35,827 nt of DNA from a virus (lineage: Duplodnaviria > Caudoviricetes), in IMG/VR virus record IMGVR_UViG_3300030376_005739, positions 1 to 35,827 of that record. One strand, 5' to 3'. Positions 1 to 7,724 of this stretch are shown here, one piece after another. The position numbers and the translations under genes are program-made. How positions within the stretch are numbered: the first letter of the stretch is position 1; each line of letters begins with the position of its first letter. Under the pieces are notes generated by a model. It was not told where the DNA came from. It ran no database searches and saw only the letters and a program-made list of their open reading frames with translations.

Positions 1-12
1 CGGGGGCAAATC

Positions 13-228
13 ATGGCTAAACGGCGATTGACGAAAGTGCTTTTGACTGAGCCCAAAGGCGATTTGACTGAGGCGTGTTGGGTGGAAGTCCTAACGGGCA
101 CCCCTGACGACGGCACGGGCATACTTGCTAATAAGCCTATTGGTAAGCAAGGCGCTACGCTTGGGGACAAAATAAAGTTTAGCGGGGGCACCGGTAAAAC
201 GTGGCCGCGCTTTGGGGGCAAGTTATGA
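13..228 (+). CDS. Small hypothetical protein, DUF2314-like motif
   Basis: 71 aa. WVEV...GILANKP...GDKIKF resembles the DUF2314 pattern as recalled. Stop overlaps the next ATG (ATGA at 225-228). Confidence 0.55.
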   Translation: MAKRRLTKVLLTEPKGDLTEACWVEVLTGTPDDGTGILANKPIGKQGATLGDKIKFSGGTGKTWPRFGGKL

Positions 229-473
229 GCTTATATTGGTGGCGCATAACCAAGGATCATATTGAATCTAAATCTAAGGGCACTTTTGGACCCAGCACCG
301 CCGACGTAGCGGTGACTGATAACCCTGCAAAGTTTCAGTTAGCTGATGATGACGGCGAGGTTTACTATGACGGCATTATTTACGGCGAATATGACGGTTT
401 TGAGCCCTTGGATGACTTCGGTATGCCGGCGGCGGGATGCACGCAAATCAAACTAAACGGAGAATGGCTATGA
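225..473 (+). CDS. Phage hypothetical protein
   Basis: Start moved to ATG 225 (ATGA overlap). FQLADDDGEVYYDG...FEPLDDFG.P.AGCT.I resembles a recurrent phage early-protein family. Confidence 0.75.
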   Translation: MSLYWWRITKDHIESKSKGTFGPSTADVAVTDNPAKFQLADDDGEVYYDGIIYGEYDGFEPLDDFGMPAAGCTQIKLNGEWL

Positions 474-1420
474 GCGTTATTGATCGGATCTCTAAAGGGG
501 CTCGTGAGTGGGCTGATATTATTGAGGACCGCCCGCTAATGGTATCAGTTTCAGGCGGCAAAGATAGCACTGCTATGGCGCTCTGGCTTATTGATCAGGG
601 CTTACGTGATCGCTGCACTTTTGTTTTTGCTGATACTAAATGGGAACATCCAGATCTGTATAAATATATGGATGAAATTTTGGAGCCAGTGCTGGGCAAA
701 ATACACAAAGTCACAAGCAAAAAATACCCTAATGGGATGCCTGATATGGTGCGCCAAAAAGGGGCATTTCCAACTAGGATGATCAGATTTTGCACTGAGC
801 ATCTGAAAGTAAATCCATTGAGGGAGTTTTTGGCTGAGTTGCGTGACGAGTCAGATGCTGAGCCGATTAGCGTTGTAGGTGTACGGGCTCAGGAGTCTAA
901 ACGGCGTTCAAAGTTAGAAGAGTGGGACGACGGCGGACCTTTGAAATGTGACACCTGGCGCCCGTTGATCACTTGGTTAGTCGAGGATGTTATTGCTATC
1001 CACACAAAGCACAACATCCCGCCGTGTCCTTTATATCTTAGGGAGCAAAACGCAGCGTCTAGAGTTGGATGTTACCCGTGCGTGATGAGCCGCAAAGATG
1101 AAATCCGTGCGGTAGCTGAGCAGGATCCGTGGCGCATTGATCAAATCCGTGGACTCGAAACAGAAGTTACGGAAGTGATGAGACAAAAATTAGAAGAAAA
1201 AGGCGAAACTTTTGAAAGCGTGGGGCGCACTGAGCCCGGATTTTTTCAATCCCGAAAGGGGCGAGGCGGACAGTGCTGGCCGATTGATAAAGTAGTTGAG
1301 TGGTCGCGCACAGCGCGTGGCGGTGAACAATATGAAATGTTCCACACTTCTGAGCCAGGGTGCCAGATGTGGGGGCTATGTGACATTGGTGATTCTACAC
1401 CTAAAGGAGACACGGAATGA
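470..1420 (+). CDS. PAPS reductase family (CysH/DndC-like PP-loop) protein
   Basis: SVSGGKDS PP-loop, FADT, RFCTEHLK, GVRAQESKRR, RVGCYPC and C-terminal CQMWGLC. Start at the ATGA overlap, 470. Confidence 0.9.
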   Translation: MSVIDRISKGAREWADIIEDRPLMVSVSGGKDSTAMALWLIDQGLRDRCTFVFADTKWEHPDLYKYMDEILEPVLGKIHKVTSKKYPNGMPDMVRQKGAFPTRMIRFCTEHLKVNPLREFLAELRDESDAEPISVVGVRAQESKRRSKLEEWDDGGPLKCDTWRPLITWLVEDVIAIHTKHNIPPCPLYLREQNAASRVGCYPCVMSRKDEIRAVAEQDPWRIDQIRGLETEVTEVMRQKLEEKGETFESVGRTEPGFFQSRKGRGGQCWPIDKVVEWSRTARGGEQYEMFHTSEPGCQMWGLCDIGDSTPKGDTE

Positions 1421-1806
1421 AGAACTGCAAAGCGTGCGGCGTATCTGGCAAAACAATACTGACGCATCGACGGCTTACGGCGCACAACGACGATTTGAAA
1501 GCACAACTGCGCCAGGTCAAGGCTGAGCGAGCCAGCGCCAACAACGAACTGCGCAAAACTAAGCGGAAGATTGATAAGGCTGTAAACGCAGCAAAAACCA
1601 GCGTTGAGGAGCTAAAGCTCAACAAGGTGGAAATGAAAGTTATGCACCGGCAAATCATGCGCCTAGAGGAAGCGGTGAAGTCCTTGGAGTGGGACAACCG
1701 GATGAAAACCCAAGAGGCTGACAGGCTAAAGGAAAAGCTACGTCATATTATCGATGTGGCGTCCCCACGCACTAAGTGGCTGGGCTCCGGGTGCCGCAAT
1801 GGCTAG
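1417..1806 (+). CDS. Coiled-coil hypothetical protein
   Basis: AGGAGA RBS, ATGA overlap, N-terminal CxxC and heptad-rich K/E/L sequence. Confidence 0.75.
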   Translation: MKNCKACGVSGKTILTHRRLTAHNDDLKAQLRQVKAERASANNELRKTKRKIDKAVNAAKTSVEELKLNKVEMKVMHRQIMRLEEAVKSLEWDNRMKTQEADRLKEKLRHIIDVASPRTKWLGSGCRNG

Positions 1807-2164
1807 AGGCGTTCAAATCAGCCGCAAGAAGAAAGCTGTCAATGGTGCCGCAAAGGGGCGCCGTGACCGTGAAATGGCTTATATTTACCTAAAGGCTTGC
1901 AGGCAGCGCAACGCCCCTGAGGGGCAATGGTGCCGATCTGCAATCTACCAGTGCGTCAAGCTGTACAATCGAAAGCGCAACACCGTGCGCAAGTGCATCA
2001 GCAAGGTGGTGGAAGACGGGCGCAATCCGCAACTGTCCAAAGCCCTGGCGCCTTGGGTGCCTTCAGCCAACCCATTCGTGGCGGGAACATCAGAAGACCG
2101 TCGTTATTTACAACTTGATGAAGGCACGCTGCTTGAAGCGTTGACCGATTTGATCAGAGGATAA
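1799..2164 (+). CDS. Basic hypothetical protein, possibly DNA-binding
   Basis: ATG 1799 overlaps the upstream stop region, is R/K-rich and fills the operon gap. Confidence 0.6.
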   Translation: MARGVQISRKKKAVNGAAKGRRDREMAYIYLKACRQRNAPEGQWCRSAIYQCVKLYNRKRNTVRKCISKVVEDGRNPQLSKALAPWVPSANPFVAGTSEDRRYLQLDEGTLLEALTDLIRG

Positions 2165-2165
2165 C

Positions 2166-2480
2166 ATGAGAAGAACAGCAACTAGAGCGGCGGCGTTGTT
2201 GCCCCGTGACCTTATTGTGCAGATCCAAGAGTTTATGCCCGAAGGCGGCAAGTTGAGCATCCCGCAGCGAGGTTGCAGCCAGAGGTTTCTGCTGAGTGAA
2301 ACGGAGCGACTGGCGCAAGACCTTGAGATTACGATGAAGGCGCTGCGCATGATTCCGACGCGTGAACTGGCTGAAGAATACGAGGTTTCATTGACTGGAG
2401 TTCGCAAGATCGTGAAGCGCACACTTGAGGCTTTGCGTGATCGAGTTGATGCCCCTGAGCCTGTATTTGGTAAGAAATAA
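2166..2480 (+). CDS. Mor/CD3324-like HTH transcriptional regulator
   Basis: LLPRDLIVQIQEF..GGKLSIP followed by the HTH RELAEEYEVSLTGVRKIV, the Mor-family layout. Confidence 0.7.
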   Translation: MRRTATRAAALLPRDLIVQIQEFMPEGGKLSIPQRGCSQRFLLSETERLAQDLEITMKALRMIPTRELAEEYEVSLTGVRKIVKRTLEALRDRVDAPEPVFGKK

Positions 2481-2531
2481 CCACTGGACAAACAACAAAG
2501 TGACCAGTAGGAACCTTGAAGGAGACACATT

Positions 2532-2777
2532 ATGAAATCGAATGATTGTATAGTTTGCGCCGGATCTGGCGAGGTAAGCGCAGAAGTCATTGTAAGCAAC
2601 GGCTCACACCCAGAGTACGGTCCTGATTACATTGAGGTATTGCGCCAAACCACTTGCACTGACTGCGATGGTGACGGGCGCGTTGATAAGGATATTTACG
2701 CTGAGCAGAACGGCGGACGCCACGGCACTCCAGAGGAGTGGGCGATTGATATGGTGGTGCGATCATGCCGCGACTAA
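2532..2777 (+). CDS. Small zinc-finger protein (CxxCxGxG repeats)
   Basis: CIVCAGSG and CTDCDGDG motifs; strong RBS at 2520-2525. Confidence 0.75.
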   Translation: MKSNDCIVCAGSGEVSAEVIVSNGSHPEYGPDYIEVLRQTTCTDCDGDGRVDKDIYAEQNGGRHGTPEEWAIDMVVRSCRD

Positions 2778-3322
2778 CTGCAAAGGAGTACCAGCGCGCT
2801 TTGGATCTAGGGTTTGAGCCTGATCGACTCACGCTCGACGAGCTTGGAAAGGTTCGTTACGAGGAAGAGTTGCAAGAAGAGGCTGACGCATACGCTGAAC
2901 ATGAGTTGCAGTGGGATTTGCAAACGATAGACTTGCCCAGCGAGCCCAGGCAAATGGGCTATCAGGCTACTCTGTTCAATCAGACGCCTGAGCCTCCGCC
3001 ACGTGCGACTGTACTGTGTGACTACCCAGAGGGTTCCACTGCCAAGGAGCGGTTTGCAATCTTCAATGAGAAGAACCCGCACGTCAAAACCAAACTTAGG
3101 CGCATGGCTCTGGAGCTCAAGCGCAAGGGGCATGACCACTATGGAGTCAAAGCCCTTATTGAAGTGCTTCGTTGGGATTACGCCGTGCGTACGATTAGCG
3201 GCGGCGACTTCAAAATCAACAACGCATTCGCAACCCCGTATGCTCACATGCTCATGGATGAAAACCCAGAGTTACGGGGATTCTTTAGAACAAGGCAACG
3301 AAAGGAGACACCAAATGTCTGA
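2765..3322 (+). CDS. Conserved phage hypothetical protein
   Basis: C-terminal NPHV...YGVKALIEVLRW...FKINN...NPELRGFFRTR resembles a recurrent phage domain. Confidence 0.75.
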   Translation: MPRLTAKEYQRALDLGFEPDRLTLDELGKVRYEEELQEEADAYAEHELQWDLQTIDLPSEPRQMGYQATLFNQTPEPPPRATVLCDYPEGSTAKERFAIFNEKNPHVKTKLRRMALELKRKGHDHYGVKALIEVLRWDYAVRTISGGDFKINNAFATPYAHMLMDENPELRGFFRTRQRKETPNV

Positions 3323-4208
3323 TGCCTATCACGAGTGGGACGGTAAGAGCGTAACCCGATCCCAACTTTATTTATTCCGTAAGAGCCCACGAGGCTTTTA
3401 CAATCGCTATATCCTTGGAGTCGCTCAGCCCAGAAGCAAGGCGCTGACGTTTGGATCTGCGTTCCATGCGCTGACGCTTGAGGGACAAGAGGAGTTTGAT
3501 CGTCATTTTGTGCAGACGTTTGAGCGCCCTGCTGTCCCTGAAGGTGAAAGCGAGTCTGGCTTTTGGCGGCGCAAAGCAAACGCTGCTGAACTGGACCGGC
3601 TCAAACTTGAGTGGGCGCAGCACAATGGTCACAAAGAGCAGTTGAGCCCCAAAGACATCAAGATGATCGAGCAGATGCGTGATGCGTCTTGGAGTCCTAG
3701 CAACAAGCTGTGCCTGCAACTGCTTGAAGGCGCAAAGTTTGAGACTATGGCTGAAGGTGTTGACTACGAAACGGGCATTGGCTTGCGTTGTAAGATGGAC
3801 ATCTGGACTGCTGACGGCTTCTGCGCAGATCTGAAGAGCCACACGGGCGATTTAGGCGACAGTTGGGACCGTGCCATTATGGATTACGGCTATCACTTCC
3901 AGTCAGCGTTCTATCGCCGTTGCACAAGCACTGATAGGTTCCCCTTTCTAGTTGTGCAAAAGGCATTCGAGCCTGACGCTATGGTTGCTGAACTGGATGA
4001 TGACGAATCAGCATTAGGCAACAAGGTGCTGCGCGCTGCGTTGGATCGGTTTGCTGCGTGCCTGGAGCGTCACCACAAGGCTGTTGAGCAAGGTGATCAA
4101 GAGCTGATTTCAGCGGCTTGGCCTGGCGTAGGCGCAACACAAGAAGAGCATCGAGTTACTCGATTCCCAAAATGGTTTTATGATAAGGAGTTACGTTATG
4201 TCTCGTAA
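3315..4208 (+). CDS. PD-(D/E)XK exonuclease (RecE/Exo VIII, DUF3799-like)
   Basis: FGSAFHALTLE, LRCKMD...DLKS and YGYHFQSAFY motifs. Start moved to ATG 3315, after the AGGAGA RBS. Confidence 0.88.
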   Translation: MSDAYHEWDGKSVTRSQLYLFRKSPRGFYNRYILGVAQPRSKALTFGSAFHALTLEGQEEFDRHFVQTFERPAVPEGESESGFWRRKANAAELDRLKLEWAQHNGHKEQLSPKDIKMIEQMRDASWSPSNKLCLQLLEGAKFETMAEGVDYETGIGLRCKMDIWTADGFCADLKSHTGDLGDSWDRAIMDYGYHFQSAFYRRCTSTDRFPFLVVQKAFEPDAMVAELDDDESALGNKVLRAALDRFAACLERHHKAVEQGDQELISAAWPGVGATQEEHRVTRFPKWFYDKELRYVS

Positions 4209-4782
4209 AGACGGCATCGTTCGCATCCACGGCAAGGCATACTCAACGGTTGCCAGGCGTGTGGCTTTGTTTAGAAAGAGGTTCCCGCCTGAATCGGGTT
4301 GGTCAATCAGAACTGTCATCGAGGAAATGGGAAGCGATTTCATCGTGATGCGCAGCGACATCGTGAACCCAGATGATCGGATTATCGCAACGGGTTACGC
4401 AAGGGACGGTAAAACCGACAGCAACCGTCACAAGACTAGCTGGGTTGAAATCACCGAAACCTCAGCGGTTGGTCGCGCTCTGGCTTTCCTCGATGAGGAG
4501 TTTATGGGTGATGAGTTGCAGATTGCTTCTGCTGACGAGGTGCGCAACGCAATCGAAAGCGAAAGCGGGCAACAGCCAGAAGAGCAGGGTCCAGAAAAGG
4601 ATCAAATGTTTGCTGAGTACATGGAGAAGATCAACACAGCACCGAACAGTGCTGAGCTCGCTGAACTTGGCAAAGGTATCGACAAACTTCCGTTGGCAGC
4701 AACGGCAAAGCAGGCACTACACAAGGTGTGTGGGCCGCGTTTCAAGGAACTCAAAGACGTAGAAAGTAACGTCCCATTTTAG
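4198..4782 (+). CDS. Single-strand annealing protein (Sak/Rad52-like), putative
   Basis: GKAYSTVARRV...IIATGYA...ETSAVGRALA; lies between the exonuclease and SSB; AAGGAG RBS before ATG 4198. Confidence 0.7.
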   Translation: MSRKDGIVRIHGKAYSTVARRVALFRKRFPPESGWSIRTVIEEMGSDFIVMRSDIVNPDDRIIATGYARDGKTDSNRHKTSWVEITETSAVGRALAFLDEEFMGDELQIASADEVRNAIESESGQQPEEQGPEKDQMFAEYMEKINTAPNSAELAELGKGIDKLPLAATAKQALHKVCGPRFKELKDVESNVPF

Positions 4783-4792
4783 GAGAATCTCA

Positions 4793-5239
4793 ATGAAGGG
4801 TTTCAACTCTGTCCAAATGATCGGCAACATCGGTCAAGAAATCGAAGTGCGAACAACCAACAGCGGCACCGCCGTGACTACTCTTAGGCTTGCAGTGAAT
4901 GAGCGAGCAAAGGTCAATGGCGAGTGGGGTGATGTCACCAACTGGTTTGATGTTGTGTGTTGGGGAAAGACTGCTGAACTGTGTGGTCAGTACCTCAACA
5001 AAGGCTCATCAGTGTTTATCGTTGGGCGCCTGAGCGTGCGCAGCTTTGAAGATAAGACCGGTCAGAAGCGCACCAAAACCGAAATCGTCGCTGAGGATGT
5101 GAAGTTCCTTGGAGGCAAGGAAAGCTCCAGCGGATCTTATACCTCTGGGAACAATCAGTACGGCGGCGGCGGCAGCAGCTACGACAACAACAAATATTAT
5201 AACAACGATAGCGCATCGAAAGGCTACGACTATGAGTGA
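4793..5239 (+). CDS. ssb: Single-stranded DNA-binding protein
   Basis: NSVQMIGNIGQE, WFDVVCWGKTAE, YLNKGSSVFIVGRL OB-fold signature; Gly-rich linker. Confidence 0.96.
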   Translation: MKGFNSVQMIGNIGQEIEVRTTNSGTAVTTLRLAVNERAKVNGEWGDVTNWFDVVCWGKTAELCGQYLNKGSSVFIVGRLSVRSFEDKTGQKRTKTEIVAEDVKFLGGKESSSGSYTSGNNQYGGGGSSYDNNKYYNNDSASKGYDYE

Positions 5240-5642
5240 GAATAACAACAAAAACCAAATCGTGATGAGCGAACTAAAAGCTAACGCGATGATGGAGTGC
5301 AACGACTGGGTTGAGCGGTGCAAGAAGCTGATCAAGAGCGCCGATGAGCAGATCAGCCAACTTGCTGAAAACCGACTGGCTCTGAATGAGTGCAGGATTA
5401 CGTGGCTGGAGCGAGCAGCCGGCGTGATGCAGGTCGATGTACGCCGTGATATTTCAGACGATCAGCTTGATGTGTTCTGGAGTGACACTGAGGGTAACAT
5501 CTTGCGTGATCCTGACACTGAGGAGCCGCTGCAAAAGATTGAACTTGTTTCGGACATCATGGCTTTGACTGTGCCAAGCGATAAGGCGCTTGAAGTTATC
5601 AAGGGGCAGGCGGAAGAGCCGGAGCCCGAAAATGAAAGTTGA
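5232..5642 (+). CDS. Hypothetical protein
   Basis: ATG 5232 overlaps the ssb end; acidic; fills the gap to rusA. Confidence 0.7.
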   Translation: MSENNNKNQIVMSELKANAMMECNDWVERCKKLIKSADEQISQLAENRLALNECRITWLERAAGVMQVDVRRDISDDQLDVFWSDTEGNILRDPDTEEPLQKIELVSDIMALTVPSDKALEVIKGQAEEPEPENES

Positions 5643-6036
5643 GTTCTTCTTACATGGGAGGCCGATCCCTAAGCAAAGCGCCCGCATTGGAAAGTTTGGA
5701 GGGTACCAGCCTAAGCGGATCAAAGACTACGCTGACAAGGTTAGGGTGTATTGCTTACAGGCACTGTCAAACAACTCGTGGAAGGTTGCAGAAAGACCCG
5801 TAAAGGTTCACATGACCTTTTGTTTCCCGTGGCCAAGCAACACCAAGAAGGTGCTCAAGGAAACTAGGGGGTGGCGCATCAAGCGCCCTGACCTAGACAA
5901 CCTAGCGAAGGCTATTTTGGACGGAATGGATGCGCTTTGGTTAGACGATGCGCAAGTTTCCCACTTGGTTGTCCAGAAACTGAACGTTCCAAAGGGGCAA
6001 GAAGGAGTAGAGATTGCGGTTAGCTATGTCGAATAA
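5632..6036 (+). CDS. rusA: RusA-family Holliday junction resolvase
   Basis: GRPIPKQSAR, KRPDLDNLAKAILDGM and DDAQV catalytic motifs. Confidence 0.92.
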   Translation: MKVEFFLHGRPIPKQSARIGKFGGYQPKRIKDYADKVRVYCLQALSNNSWKVAERPVKVHMTFCFPWPSNTKKVLKETRGWRIKRPDLDNLAKAILDGMDALWLDDAQVSHLVVQKLNVPKGQEGVEIAVSYVE

Positions 6037-6886
6037 TGACGACTTTGTTGGCAATCTAAAAACTCGCTGGCTGCAACACGCAGAAAGCAAAGGGTTGCTC
6101 GATCTAAACCAACCACCCCCTAAACGGTACTGCCCTAACAAGCATGAACTACCTGATGAGCATGGCGTGCGCCACGGCACTCCAGTGTGGATTCAGATTG
6201 AAGAGTGCCCGATTTGCCAAACGCAGCAAACAAAGGCGCTGATGATGGATAAGATCATCGACAGGTTTGCTAAGTGCGGCGTCCCTGAAATGTTTCAGTG
6301 CTGGACCAGCGGAACAACAAGCACAAACAGGACAAGCCGCAACCCGTTGCTAGTCGATGAGCACAACTACATGGCTCGTGGAGCGAGTGCGAGGTTTCCA
6401 AAGGCGCCGTGGATTATGTTTAGCGGCACGGTTGGAGTTGGCAAGACCACATGGGCGAGTGCGCTGTTCTGCGATACGGTTGACAGTGCTGAGCTCATGC
6501 CAGGCAACGGCCAGATACTGGGGCGGCGTACTACAGGCATGAATGCTATGTGGATGAGCGAGGCAGATCTGTTTATGAAATGCGATCAGGAGCACCACCG
6601 TGATGGCTACAATGCCAGGACGGCTTACCTGAGCAAGGTATGCAAGTCTCCGCTGCTCATGCTTGACGATCTAGGCGGCAGCCGCCGCAACCTCACTGAG
6701 TGGCAAGGTGGGGCGCTTAGGCACCTGTTTGATCATAGGCATAAGTATCGGCTGCCTACTCTGCTGACTTCTAACCTGATGCACTGGAAGCTATTCGCTG
6801 ATCGTTATGGCGAGCACGTAGTTAGTCGGATGATTGATTTGTGCGGCAGCATGACAGTGCTGAGCGGGGATGACAGGCGCATGTAA
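6026..6886 (+). CDS. DnaC/IstB-like AAA+ ATPase (helicase-loader type)
   Basis: Walker A GTVGVGKT, Walker B LLMLDDLG, PTLLTSN, VVSRM and GDDRR; N-terminal C/H...CPIC zinc site. Confidence 0.9.
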   Translation: MSNNDDFVGNLKTRWLQHAESKGLLDLNQPPPKRYCPNKHELPDEHGVRHGTPVWIQIEECPICQTQQTKALMMDKIIDRFAKCGVPEMFQCWTSGTTSTNRTSRNPLLVDEHNYMARGASARFPKAPWIMFSGTVGVGKTTWASALFCDTVDSAELMPGNGQILGRRTTGMNAMWMSEADLFMKCDQEHHRDGYNARTAYLSKVCKSPLLMLDDLGGSRRNLTEWQGGALRHLFDHRHKYRLPTLLTSNLMHWKLFADRYGEHVVSRMIDLCGSMTVLSGDDRRM

Positions 6887-6910
6887 AAGGAAAGCCGGCA
6901 CGAAGCCGGC
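6885..6910 (-). terminator. Intrinsic terminator for the late (-) operon
   Basis: On the - strand: GCCGGC-TTCGT-GCCGGC followed by TTTCCTTTT. Confidence 0.7.
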
Positions 6911-6977
6911 AATCCCACCCATTCGCTAGTTTGGGGAGACACCCACCAAACAAGCCATGGTTATATATGCGAGGAAG

Positions 6978-7006
6978 AGCACCGGGTCAACCGGTGCTTT
7001 TCTTTT
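6978..7006 (+). terminator. Intrinsic terminator for the early (+) arm
   Basis: AGCACCGG-GTCAA-CCGGTGCT stem-loop followed by TTTCTTTT. Confidence 0.75.
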
Positions 7007-7268
7007 AGCACTTCCACTTGCGCAAAGCCAAAGCCTTGCGAGTAGGGCGACCCTTTGAATCTTTCATCGGACCTTTGACGCCACTCATGCGAGCGCAAAA
7101 GCTTTTCTTTCGAGCCTTATCCTTTTTAGTTTTAGGATTAGGCGCAGGCGGGCGCAGCTTGCCACCGGTTTCACGGTTGTAACTGGCTCTGCCCTTGGCG
7201 TTGAGCCCACCACGTTTGTTTTTGCCGGCTTTGCGTTGCCAAGCAGGCGTTTTGTACCGCTTGCTCAT
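7005..7268 (-). CDS. Basic phage protein, DUF6321-like
   Basis: AWQRKAGKN..GGLNAKGRASY...RKKSFCARM...LRKWKC pattern recalled from marine phage proteins. Confidence 0.8.
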   Translation of the reverse strand: MSKRYKTPAWQRKAGKNKRGGLNAKGRASYNRETGGKLRPPAPNPKTKKDKARKKSFCARMSGVKGPMKDSKGRPTRKALALRKWKC

Positions 7269-7435
7269 CGTCGTCTGGATGTGTTTCGAGCAGTCTTTTT
7301 AGAGTTACGAAACGCTCGCTCGGTTGGCGCACCCTTTGATCCAGGCTTACGCATTCGCTCGCCAGATCCGGCTGCAATGCGTTTGCGCTTGGCTCTTATG
7401 TTAGCATAAAGCCCTGGCTTTTTAGACCGTGCCAT
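7265..7435 (-). CDS. Small basic phage protein (56 aa; not in the ORF track)
   Basis: Hand translation MARSKKPGLYANIRAKRKRIAAGSGERMRKPGSKGAPTERAFRNSKKTARNTSRRR. Coupled at both ends (TGATG, ATGA). Confidence 0.85.
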   Translation of the reverse strand: MARSKKPGLYANIRAKRKRIAAGSGERMRKPGSKGAPTERAFRNSKKTARNTSRRR

Positions 7436-7503
7436 CACTTACCCTTTTTCTTTTTGCCGTAACCTTTGTTCGGTTTTGGGCGACTATATCCACCTCTACG
7501 CAT
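7435..7503 (-). CDS. 22-aa Lys/Arg/Gly-rich peptide (not in the ORF track)
   Basis: MRRGGYSRPKPNKGYGKKKKGK. TAATG overlap upstream, TGATG overlap downstream, GGAGGT-like RBS upstream. Confidence 0.65.
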   Translation of the reverse strand: MRRGGYSRPKPNKGYGKKKKGK

Positions 7504-7724
7504 TACCACCTCCATTTCATTCCTACAGTTCCTTGCCAATCGGCGGCATTTCCCCACTGAGCTCCGGCTGTAAGCGAGGCGGTGAGGTCGAAATCTCTTC
7601 CGATCTTATGTCTAGCATCAAGACCAACATCCCACCGATCAGTATTCCCGCCAAGAGACAGGTCAATCCCCCCAGAATCACCACTGCGCAAAACAAGCGG
7701 TGCTACTTGTCGGAGGGTTCGTCC
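7503..7724 (-). CDS. Amphipathic beta-strand domain; probable -1 frameshift extension of the holin-like gene
   Basis: The only candidate start is TTG 7691, with no RBS. The frame stays open back through the slippery site at 7730-7724. Ends GTVGMKWRW; the stop is coupled to the next ATG. Confidence 0.6.
   Translation of the reverse strand, partial: GRTLRQVAPLVLRSGDSGGIDLSLGGNTDRWDVGLDARHKIGRDFDLTASLTAGAQWGNAADWQGTVGMKWRW

Noticed and set aside
3003-3314. N-terminal extension of the exonuclease ORF
   Set aside because: It overlaps the upstream gene; the strong RBS points to ATG 3315.
6026-6886. IS21 element (IstB)
   Set aside because: No IstA transposase or terminal inverted repeats; the context is phage replication.
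7171-7377. 68-aa - strand ORF in the track
   Set aside because: It is out of frame with the better supported coupled ORFs 7265-7435 and 7005-7268.
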